The notes below the pieces were generated by a model, which saw nothing but the letters and a program-made list of their open reading frames with translations, had not been told where the DNA came from and searched no databases. Made by a program: the position numbers and the translations under genes. This document shows positions 32,494 to 40,530 of a DNA stretch of 64,000 bases, one piece after another (position 1 is the first letter of the stretch; every line of letters begins with the position of its first letter). The DNA is taken from assembly GCA_900316975.1 (NCBI GenBank), contig ONFA01000008.1, positions 4,164-68,163 on the forward strand. The letters are read 5' to 3'. The DNA is from an uncultured Prevotellaceae bacterium (lineage in GTDB: Bacteria; Bacteroidota; Bacteroidia; Bacteroidales; Bacteroidaceae).

Positions 32494-34929
32494 TCACTCC
32501 ACGACCACCCGTTCAATCACGATACCCGGGTCAAGCGGACGGAAGGTGAGGCGATGCTTACCCTGTGCGAGAGCAGGCAGGGTAAGTCGCTGCCTGTTCA
32601 TACGCGTGGTTTCCCATTCAAAGTTCTGGTCGTGCGACATCTGAACCACGTAGCGGCTTGCCTCATTCACATTGAGGGTCTGCACTTCTTTATCATCCAA
32701 ACTGATGGCAAGTCGTTGACCACGTCCGTCATTGAAGGGGAAATTGGTGGCAAGAACAATGGTGGCAGTCGCTTTCTCTACCGCCTCCGATGCATCGAAT
32801 TCATAAGAGATGGAAGCCCCTTCGGTGCTCTTCGTGTAGGGGAATAGTGCCACGCCCGCCTTCCAGATGCCGAGGTCTGGCACCACCTGCCAAGTTGCCT
32901 CCTTTGCGTCTGTCTTGCTCACAAACCCGTCGGCTTCGATGATGGCAATCGTCTTTTTCGGCACAATCGCCAGTTCCTCGCCAGCCACAGCCTCAGCAGC
33001 CTCCACGCGCCTCACCTGAGGCATCGTGTTACGTGGAGGATTGTTCCACGAACGATAGCCGATATGGATTTCGTCCATCATGTGGTTCCACTTGCCACCT
33101 GCAATCTTGTGGTTATATTCGTCACAAAGTTCTCCAGCCCGACGGAAGCAGAGTTCCACCTTGTCCGCCCATTCGTTGGCACGGAGATCCTTACGCTGTG
33201 CATAATAACTATTCATCGCCACCGCATAATACATGTTATAAAGGTTGCAGAACACACGCACAGGATGGTAAATCAATTCATTGTAAGCATTTCTGTTCTG
33301 CACAGGCATCAGTTCACGCAGGATGGTCGCGTCGCGCTCCAATTGGTCGTATTCCGCCACACGCTCCTTCCATTCGCCAGAAAGAAGGTCAAACGTACGG
33401 GCATCCAACTGCTCAGGGGTGCGACGATGTGCATACTTGCATTGCAGATTCAAAATGCGGGCAGCCTCCTTGGCGCACTTCTCGCCAAACTGCTGACGGC
33501 AGAAGTTCTCCGTGTATTCCATCAGATTGCCAGCATTGAACTGTGCGGGGTTCCATGCCATCTTGAACCAGAAATCAATCGGGAACTCCATCGGTTTCAA
33601 GTCACCCACATTGAGAATCCAGAGTTTATCCACACCATAAGTATAAGTGAGTTGCAACTGCTCCCACATACGCTGCACCTGGCTGATATTCTGAAATTTC
33701 GAGTTACGTGGCGCACCCACATAGTCCACGTGGTAATACATGCCATAACCGCCAGGATGACGCTTGGAGAAAGCGCCTGTACCCTTGTTCCACTCCTGTT
33801 CAGGCAACACACGCACATTGCCCCAGTTGTCGTCACAGAGCAGCAGAATCACATCGTCTGGCACATTCATGCCCTTCTCGTAATACTCCTGCACTTCCTT
33901 ATAGAGCGCCCACACCTGCGGCGTTTCCTTGGCTGGCTTGCCTGTCGCTTCTTCTATCAGTTTGCGCTGATTCGTCACGATGCGTTCCAACAATGCCACA
34001 TCAGCATGGTCACCCATCGCCTCGTCACCATCACCACGCATACCAATCGTCACCACATCATCAGTGTGCTTCATACGCTCTACACCACCCTTCCAGAATT
34101 TGTCCAGTGTTTCCTGGTTGGTATCATAGTTCCATGCACCATATTCCCTTCGATGGCTTGTCCACTCCTTGTGTGCACGTGCCAACGGTTCATGGTGGCT
34201 GGTACCCATACAGATGCCCATGTCATCGGCGGTCTGCATGTTCAGTGGGTCGTCCGCATAGAACATGGCATCCCACATGGCAGGCCACATGAAGTTTCCT
34301 TTCAGCCTCAACACCAATTCAAACACGCGGGCATAAAACTCATGGTTATACCCACCATAATTCTCTTTCACCCAACCTGTCAGACAAGGAGCCTCATCAT
34401 TGAGGAAGATGCCACGATAGCGCACCGCTGGTTCACCATCCGTATAGACACCCTTCTTCACATAAAGGTTTGCATGTTTTTCCACAGGGACATCCGCCCA
34501 ATCATACCAAGGACTCACACCAATCTGCTGTGAGAGTTCATATACACCATAGATGGTGCCACGCTTGTCACTTCCGGCAATGACCAACTGATCCTTCACT
34601 GTCGTGATGACAAACATCTCCGTTTTGCCCTTCAACTGCTTAATGGCAGGAACTTTCTTCGCCATCTTGTCAATCGCGGCACTCTTGCCCAACGTACCCA
34701 CCACGATAGGGAAATCCTGTCTGCCTGTCACCTTTTCCAAGTCCTTCTTCAGGTTGTCGATGGCAAGATGCACACCCTTCCAGTCATTCTGGTCATACAC
34801 AATAGTCCCCTTTTGGTCAGTCAGACAAAAGGCATCGCCTTGCGGGGCGAAACTTACGAACTGCTCCGCTGCCAACGCCGAGATGACAGCACAAATGTTG
34901 CATGCAACACACAAAAACAATTTTCTCAT
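32494..34929 (-). CDS. GH115-like xylan alpha-glucuronidase
   Basis: 811 aa with a signal peptide. VVGTLGKSAAIDKMAKK...LKGKTEMFVI and YRGIFLNDEAP resemble GH115 N-terminal and catalytic-domain blocks. Confidence 0.7.
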   Translation of the reverse strand: MRKLFLCVACNICAVISALAAEQFVSFAPQGDAFCLTDQKGTIVYDQNDWKGVHLAIDNLKKDLEKVTGRQDFPIVVGTLGKSAAIDKMAKKVPAIKQLKGKTEMFVITTVKDQLVIAGSDKRGTIYGVYELSQQIGVSPWYDWADVPVEKHANLYVKKGVYTDGEPAVRYRGIFLNDEAPCLTGWVKENYGGYNHEFYARVFELVLRLKGNFMWPAMWDAMFYADDPLNMQTADDMGICMGTSHHEPLARAHKEWTSHRREYGAWNYDTNQETLDKFWKGGVERMKHTDDVVTIGMRGDGDEAMGDHADVALLERIVTNQRKLIEEATGKPAKETPQVWALYKEVQEYYEKGMNVPDDVILLLCDDNWGNVRVLPEQEWNKGTGAFSKRHPGGYGMYYHVDYVGAPRNSKFQNISQVQRMWEQLQLTYTYGVDKLWILNVGDLKPMEFPIDFWFKMAWNPAQFNAGNLMEYTENFCRQQFGEKCAKEAARILNLQCKYAHRRTPEQLDARTFDLLSGEWKERVAEYDQLERDATILRELMPVQNRNAYNELIYHPVRVFCNLYNMYYAVAMNSYYAQRKDLRANEWADKVELCFRRAGELCDEYNHKIAGGKWNHMMDEIHIGYRSWNNPPRNTMPQVRRVEAAEAVAGEELAIVPKKTIAIIEADGFVSKTDAKEATWQVVPDLGIWKAGVALFPYTKSTEGASISYEFDASEAVEKATATIVLATNFPFNDGRGQRLAISLDDKEVQTLNVNEASRYVVQMSHDQNFEWETTRMNRQRLTLPALAQGKHRLTFRPLDPGIVIERVVVE

Positions 34930-34954
34930 GTCAATAGATTTTGGATTATGGCGG

Positions 34955-34962
34955 CAAAGTTA
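34955..34962 (-). promoter_or_regulatory. -7 box TAACTTTG for the GH115 gene
   Basis: The plus strand reads caaagtta, 26 nt upstream of the start at 34929. Confidence 0.55.
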
Positions 34963-35048
34963 CAACTTTTTCGTCTTATCCACCCTTTTCTATCGTTACT
35001 TTTTTTTGCCTGTATGTTACAGATGCATCAAGGAAAAAGTCAGTACTT

Positions 35049-35495
35049 TTACTGACGGCCACTTGCTGCCAACAAGTCGTAGCGGATGCCATCTTCCAGC
35101 ATCGAAACTCCGATTTTTTCCGATTTTAGAGGAGTTGCAGCAGGTTTGGCTGCCGCCATGACAGGACGCGGACGTACTGGACGGTGGGGGTCGGTGGTCT
35201 GATAGATTGTGTCGTGCACCACTTGATGTACAATGACCGTATCGACTCGCACCTCCGTGTGTGCCACAGGTTGCTCAACAGGAGCGACTTCCACCGACGG
35301 ACGCAGGTAGAACCCCAACAGGAACCCCACAAGACAGGCTGCAGGAACACCCACATACCAACCTGCATGATAGCGCGGTTGCCATGGGCGAACATTCATA
35401 CGACGGTTTTCCTCATCACGAAGATGGCGGGCAGCAGCGATGATGTCGTCATCGCTGAGCAGAGGACGGTTGGAGGGAAGATTATTCTTTGTCAT
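35049..35495 (-). CDS. Putative anti-sigma factor (single-pass membrane protein)
   Basis: Overlaps the stop of the ECF sigma gene by 14 nt. One TM segment (WYVGVPAACLVGFLLGFYL). No other domain recognised. Confidence 0.5.
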   Translation of the reverse strand: MTKNNLPSNRPLLSDDDIIAAARHLRDEENRRMNVRPWQPRYHAGWYVGVPAACLVGFLLGFYLRPSVEVAPVEQPVAHTEVRVDTVIVHQVVHDTIYQTTDPHRPVRPRPVMAAAKPAATPLKSEKIGVSMLEDGIRYDLLAASGRQ

Positions 35496-36075
35496 AGTGC
35501 TGTAATTTTTTACGAATCAATATCATGAGATTGTGCAGTCTCGATTTCACCGTTCCTTCGGGAATCTCCTCTATTTGGGCAATTTGCGGAACGGTGAGTT
35601 CCTCCTCATAGCGGAGGGAGAAGAGCAGGCGGAGCGGAGGGGGCAATGACTGGAGTGCAGTGTGCAAGGCTTCGTTCAGCCGTTCACGATCCATCCTCAC
35701 CTCCGCATCATCTTCCGCGAGTGGTTCGGCGTCGAGCGTGGCAAGATAGGTATTCACGTGTTCGTTGTGCCGATAAGCATTCTTGCAGAGGTTATAGGCG
35801 ATGGAAAAGAACCATGTGGCCACATTGCTGCCCTCCTGATAGCGGTTGCGTGCCTCATACACCCGCAGGAAGACATCGTGGGTATAGTCTGCCGCTGCTT
35901 CCTCGTCGCCGCCCAATTGTCGGAAAAAGAAGCCCTGTAACCGTCGGGCATACCGACGGTACAGTTCTTCGAATGCCGATTCGCTGCCACGACTCGCACG
36001 ATGCATCAACTGCTCGTCGGTCATCTGACGGTTGGATTTGAAGAGAAGGATGCTCATGGGTTCATTCCTGATCAA
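35482..36075 (-). CDS. ECF-type RNA polymerase sigma-70 factor
   Basis: Region 2 (FEELYRRYARRLQGFFFRQL, DVFLRVY) and region 4 (LRYEEELTVPQIAQIEEIPEGTVKSRLH). The alternative ATG at 36057 would avoid overlap with the upstream gene. Confidence 0.88.
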   Translation of the reverse strand: MIRNEPMSILLFKSNRQMTDEQLMHRASRGSESAFEELYRRYARRLQGFFFRQLGGDEEAAADYTHDVFLRVYEARNRYQEGSNVATWFFSIAYNLCKNAYRHNEHVNTYLATLDAEPLAEDDAEVRMDRERLNEALHTALQSLPPPLRLLFSLRYEEELTVPQIAQIEEIPEGTVKSRLHNLMILIRKKLQHYDKE

Positions 36076-37333
36076 GGTCCAACTTAGTCACTTCGTACTC
36101 CAAATAGTTCGGGCTCTTCGCCTCCAAACTGAGGTCCTCCATATCATACCCTTGTTCATCCAGCCGCTGATAGAGATGGGTTAGCAGTTCCCTGAGCCAC
36201 GTGTAGCGTTCGGGATTGTGCTTTTTGTAATAAGGCAGTTGGTCGCGCAACAAGATAATGTAGTTCATGGCACAAAAGTTTCCCTCCGCACTCTCCTTTT
36301 TCTCTGGCTGAAACGACATGCGCAGATACTCCAACCAGTAGCGCGTCTCGATGTTGCGCCGCTTCACCGCCATATTGTCATAGTTTTTGGGGGAATAGCG
36401 CAACGTCAGACCCTCATTGTAGAAGTGTGGCTGCAAATCTTTGGGAATGCCTTCGCCGAGGCTGAACCATGACACGCTGGTGGCTGACACATAGATGGGA
36501 CGCTTGGAATGGGTGCAGATATGGCGGAAGATGCGAGGATATGATTCGCTCTGAAAGGACGACCAGAGTTTGTCCCATAAAGCATCGTCGAAATCCATCC
36601 CGATGCGCTTGAAGACACTCCCCACATATTCTTTCCATACCGCACAATTCTCGTCGTACAGAATCTTGTCGCGGTGCACCCCCTTCACCAGTTGCAGGAT
36701 GAGTTTACCGATGATATCCCCTTCGTGAGGAGCCAGATAGACAGCCCCCTCTTCCATGCCCTGCAGTTCGTTGAAATGATATTGCAGTTCCTCGGCCGGG
36801 TAGAGCCCGCGTTCGTAGTATTCGGTCAGCACGCGCGTCAACCGAGCGGTGTCCTGCTTGTGGATGAGATAGCCCGCCCATGTCTTATAATCCGACGCCA
36901 CGGCATCGTGCGGCAAGTGGTCAACGGCAAGGTCGGCAAACTTTTCATAGTGTTCGAAGAACTCTTCCGAGCTCCATCCGTCCTCCCGGTATGCTCCTTC
37001 GTACGCGCAATAATAAAATGTATAGGTATCGGGTATCGCCTGCTTCATGCGACCCACCACATTCAGTTCCTTGCGCAGTTCCTCGCCCTTGTTCCAGTCC
37101 TTGAAGTGCAGACGCTCCACCAAGCCGTTTTCCACTTCGAAGAGGTTTCGCCACGCCTTCTCGTCCTTCGGGTGCTGAGCCACGAAGTCGTTCCAATAGT
37201 TGTACAGGCTGTCCAGCTTTTCCGTCTTCTCGAGGAGCATCTCGATATGCCCTTCTATCTGTTCAGTCTCCTGCGCACAGACATTTGCTGTACCTGCCGC
37301 GATGAGCAACAATGCAATCAATATCTTTTTCAT
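36062..37333 (-). CDS. Secreted hypothetical protein (423 aa), first gene of the ECF sigma operon
   Basis: Signal peptide MKKILIALLLIAAGTANVCAQ. Helical and Trp/Tyr-rich. No family recognised. Confidence 0.7.
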   Translation of the reverse strand: MKKILIALLLIAAGTANVCAQETEQIEGHIEMLLEKTEKLDSLYNYWNDFVAQHPKDEKAWRNLFEVENGLVERLHFKDWNKGEELRKELNVVGRMKQAIPDTYTFYYCAYEGAYREDGWSSEEFFEHYEKFADLAVDHLPHDAVASDYKTWAGYLIHKQDTARLTRVLTEYYERGLYPAEELQYHFNELQGMEEGAVYLAPHEGDIIGKLILQLVKGVHRDKILYDENCAVWKEYVGSVFKRIGMDFDDALWDKLWSSFQSESYPRIFRHICTHSKRPIYVSATSVSWFSLGEGIPKDLQPHFYNEGLTLRYSPKNYDNMAVKRRNIETRYWLEYLRMSFQPEKKESAEGNFCAMNYIILLRDQLPYYKKHNPERYTWLRELLTHLYQRLDEQGYDMEDLSLEAKSPNYLEYEVTKLDLDQE

Positions 37334-37440
37334 TTTCTTCTACGTTTTGTTTGGTTTTCTGATTGTTTCACTGTCTGAAAGCACTTGACGTCTTTTTGCT
37401 TTACATGACAGCATACACTTGAAACGCCAGACCGTTCACG

Positions 37441-37495
37441 AAAAAAGCAAAAAAACGACATGCCCCACATCGGTTCACCGACGTGGGGCATGTCG
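37441..37495 (-). terminator. Rho-independent terminator after the porin gene
   Basis: An 18-bp stem CGACATGCCCCACATCGG / CCGACGTGGGGCATGTCG with one mismatch and loop ttca, followed on the minus strand by a T-rich run (plus strand aaaaaagcaaaaaaa). Confidence 0.8.
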
Positions 37496-37565
37496 CTGCA
37501 CCGACGTGGGGCACGTCGATAAAGGGGGTGTAGAAGCACCCTAACAGAATTTCTTTGTAGAGACC

Positions 37566-38774
37566 TTAGAAGCGCACGTACATCTCAGCCCAGAGTTCGT
37601 TGTAGTCCTTGTGCTGGAGGTTGCGGTCATGCACGTGGTTGTATTGCACCTGCATCATGAGATTCTTATGAATCTGGAAGTTGGGGATGATGCTGTAGAT
37701 GGTCTTCATTGACTCCCAAGTCTTGGCACTGCGATAAGCATCGTACTTGCCATACACTTTAAGCCAAGAAGTGCAGGGAACGCCCACGGTGGCATACCAG
37801 CCATCGGCCTTGCCTTCGGTCTTATAGTCAGCAAGGATGCCCTGTGCATGAGCATACTCGGCACGCACTGTCCAGTCGTTGTGCTCGTACTTCACAGAGG
37901 CAGCCCAACGGTTGCGGTCAACCTCTGCACCAGCAGCAGTCACATAGTCGCCCGTCCAACCAAACAAGCCGATATAGAGATCCTTCACAGGCTGCACTTG
38001 CAGAGAACCAATGAAATCCTTGTGCCCATTGGCATCGCCAGTGTTGATGCCCTGACCGTTCATCACCTGCAACTGATAGTGGATGAAACGGTGACCGTCT
38101 AACTTGGCAGGGAAAAGGTCACCTTGCACCTGCAAGCCCTGGTCGCGTCCGCCATTGCCCACATTGCCGTCTTTGTTGCTGATGCCTGCCAGTTGGTTGG
38201 AAATCTGCGAGTAGTCGCCAGCACCCACATCCCAAGGGTTATAGGGATTCTCGAAGAGGAAGGCACGTTTGTACTGACCGAACTTGATGGCAAGTTCCTT
38301 CCAGTGCGACCACTCCACGAAGTAGTCCTTCATGTGGAAGGTGGAATTGTTCACCTGTGCCTGAATGCGGTACTTGAAGTCCGTGAGGATGGTGCCATCG
38401 ACATACACACGAATGAGTCGCTGGCTGAAGCCTGCACCGCCATGTGCTCCGGCTTGGTCGCTGTAGGCATACTTCCCGATGAAGTAGCCGCCAAACTTGG
38501 GTGCAGAAGCATAGTCGGTCAATTTCCTGCCCAACTGTGGCTTTGCATCAGAAGCGGGAGCCGCACTCTGAAGGGCATCGGCAAGGCTGTTATTCACCAG
38601 TTCGGTGATGAAGCCAGCGCCTGGTGTACCGTTGGGTTCAAACTCACTCACCTCAATTCTCTCATCAGCAGGCTCGATCATGTCCTGCTCCTCGTAGCCT
38701 TCAGCCCAGAGTGGCAAGAAGGAAAGATTTGCCACAAGGGCAAAAGCAAAGATTTTTCTCATAATTATTGTCAT
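37566..38774 (-). CDS. Outer-membrane beta-barrel porin (OprO/P-like)
   Basis: Signal peptide MRKIFAFALVANLSFLPLWAEG (ATG at 38762 also possible). Alternating beta-strand pattern with a C-terminal aromatic residue (..EMYVRF). Confidence 0.65.
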   Translation of the reverse strand: MTIIMRKIFAFALVANLSFLPLWAEGYEEQDMIEPADERIEVSEFEPNGTPGAGFITELVNNSLADALQSAAPASDAKPQLGRKLTDYASAPKFGGYFIGKYAYSDQAGAHGGAGFSQRLIRVYVDGTILTDFKYRIQAQVNNSTFHMKDYFVEWSHWKELAIKFGQYKRAFLFENPYNPWDVGAGDYSQISNQLAGISNKDGNVGNGGRDQGLQVQGDLFPAKLDGHRFIHYQLQVMNGQGINTGDANGHKDFIGSLQVQPVKDLYIGLFGWTGDYVTAAGAEVDRNRWAASVKYEHNDWTVRAEYAHAQGILADYKTEGKADGWYATVGVPCTSWLKVYGKYDAYRSAKTWESMKTIYSIIPNFQIHKNLMMQVQYNHVHDRNLQHKDYNELWAEMYVRF

Positions 38775-38804
38775 TAATATAAGTTCCGGATGTTTTATTT
38801 CGTT

Positions 38805-38920
38805 GGAGTTAAAGGAGTTATAAGGAGTTATCGCTCCGCTCAGGAGTTAAAAGCCGATACTCTAAAGAATGAAAGAATGAAGGAATGAAAAGTTGCCCTC
38901 AACTCTCAACTCCTCTAACT
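38805..38920 (-). repeat. Dispersed intergenic repeat family A, copy 2 (with 8-mer and heptad modules)
   Basis: GGAGTTATCGCTCCGCTCAGGAGTTAAAAGCCGATACTCTAAAGAATGAAAGAATGAAGGAATGAAAAGTTGCCCTCAACTCTCAACT is about 95% identical over roughly 90 nt to 45580-45660. Confidence 0.85.
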
Positions 38921-38937
38921 TCAAAGAAGTTGAGTCA

Positions 38938-40314
38938 TTAATAAAATATCGTTGTAATGACCAATCCCACGATGGTGCTGACGATGACACTGACAAGACC
39001 TGGCATCATGAAGGAGTGGTTGAGCAGGTACTTGCCAATGACGGTGGTGCCTGAACGGTCAAAGTTCACGGTAGCGATGTCGGACGGATAGTTGGGGATG
39101 AAGAAGTAGCCATAGACGGAAGGGAGCACACCGAGCAACACGGGACCAGGGATGCCCAGCGAGTAAGCCAACGGTAGCATCGAAACCACTACGGCACCCT
39201 GACTGTTGATGAGCACAGACACAGCGAAGAAGGCAATGGAAATCGCCCAAGGATACTGGCTGACAATGCCTTCAAGCCCCTCCTGTATCTCGTCCATATA
39301 GTTGCTGAAATAAGTGTCGGCAAGCCATGCAATGCCATAGATAGCCACCACTGCCACCATGCCTGACTGCCACACAGAACCAGCCACAGCCTTCTTGGGA
39401 CTTGCTTTCGCAAAGATAATCATGGCGGCAGCAGCCATAATCATGACAATCTGGATGATGATGTTCATGCCGATAGGCTTCATCACAGGGTTGCCAGCAT
39501 CATCTAATTTGCCAGAATCGACCACTGGACGGATGTCGCACCCTGCAATCTGGAAGAGCGAGTACAACACGATGATCGCCAAGGCACCAAGGAAGATGAA
39601 GACGGAAATCTTAGCGTTTTTGTCCACCTCCTTATCAAGCAGCGAAGCCGTATCACCATACATATACTCTTTCAACTGAGGGTCAGCCAACCGAGCCTGA
39701 AACTTCGGATCCTTGTCAAGGTCTTTCCCTCGCTTGTAGGAACAAAGGGCAGCGGCAAAGATTCCGCACAGACTAGCAGGAATGGTCACGGCAATCACTT
39801 GCAGGTTGTTGACCTCAAAACCTGCTTCGTTGCTAATAACCACAAACGATGCCACAGCAGCAGCGATGGGCGAGCAGGTGATGCCCACCTGCGAAGCGAC
39901 AGAGGCGACAGCGCAAGGGCGTTCAGGCCGGATGCCCTTCTTCAAGGCGATGTCACAGATGATGGGCATGAGTGTGTACACCACGTGTCCTGTTCCGACC
40001 AGCACTGTGAGGAAGAACGTACACAGCGGCGCCAAGAAGGTGATATGTGCCGGATGTTTTCGCAGCAGTTTCTCCGCCAACTGGATGAGCCAATCCATGC
40101 CACCTGCCGCCTGCATGATGCCGGCACAAGTGACAGCAGCCACAATAATGTAAATCACGTCAGTGGGAGGATTACCCGGCTTCATACCAAAGCCCAACAC
40201 CAAAATGGCAAGACCGATGCCCGAGATGGCACCCAATGCCAAACTGCCATAGCGTGAGCCCACATAAAGCGCACCCAACACAATGAGCAGTTGCAAGATC
40301 ATGACAAAATCCAT
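38938..40314 (-). CDS. dcuB: Anaerobic C4-dicarboxylate transporter, DcuB-like
   Basis: LAEKLLRKHPAHITFLAPLCTFFLTVLVGTGHVVYTLMPIICDIALKKGIRPERP closely parallels E. coli DcuB. Confidence 0.9.
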   Translation of the reverse strand: MDFVMILQLLIVLGALYVGSRYGSLALGAISGIGLAILVLGFGMKPGNPPTDVIYIIVAAVTCAGIMQAAGGMDWLIQLAEKLLRKHPAHITFLAPLCTFFLTVLVGTGHVVYTLMPIICDIALKKGIRPERPCAVASVASQVGITCSPIAAAVASFVVISNEAGFEVNNLQVIAVTIPASLCGIFAAALCSYKRGKDLDKDPKFQARLADPQLKEYMYGDTASLLDKEVDKNAKISVFIFLGALAIIVLYSLFQIAGCDIRPVVDSGKLDDAGNPVMKPIGMNIIIQIVMIMAAAAMIIFAKASPKKAVAGSVWQSGMVAVVAIYGIAWLADTYFSNYMDEIQEGLEGIVSQYPWAISIAFFAVSVLINSQGAVVVSMLPLAYSLGIPGPVLLGVLPSVYGYFFIPNYPSDIATVNFDRSGTTVIGKYLLNHSFMMPGLVSVIVSTIVGLVITTIFY

Positions 40315-40358
40315 AGTTTTTTGTTTAAGATATTAGATTAAATGATGCAACATTGGGA

Positions 40359-40511
40359 CAAAGGTACAAAAAAGTTGAGAGTTAAGAGTTGAGAGTTGAG
40401 AGTTTTTTGTTGTTTAATGTCTTTTTTTCTCGGGAAAGTAACAATTCCTCATTCCTTTTTTCTTTTTTCATCTTCTCATTCTTTCATTTTTCTATTTTTT
40501 CCATACCTTTG
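40359..40511. promoter_or_regulatory. Bidirectional promoter cassette type B, copy 1
   Basis: Bounded by caaaggta (a TACCTTTG box on the minus strand) and TACCTTTG on the plus strand. The interior is GTTGAGA-type heptads followed by taacaattcctcattcc...ttctcattctttcatt. About 85-90% identical to 63566-63717. Confidence 0.75.
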
Positions 40512-40530
40512 CAACCAAAAGCCGACCAAC

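Noticed and set aside
33064-34533. 489-aa ORF on the plus strand
   Set aside because: It lies entirely antisense to the GH115 CDS. It is His/Arg/Thr-rich with no motifs, which is the typical shadow ORF of a GC-skewed codon frame.
40396-40530. N-terminal extension of the membrane-protein ORF (FFLFSSSHSFIFLFF...)
   Set aside because: It is a translation of the promoter cassette itself. The -7 box at 40504-40511 places the transcription start downstream of it. The same reasoning applies to the extensions at 43480, 46238, 53074, 55710, 3885 and 6160.
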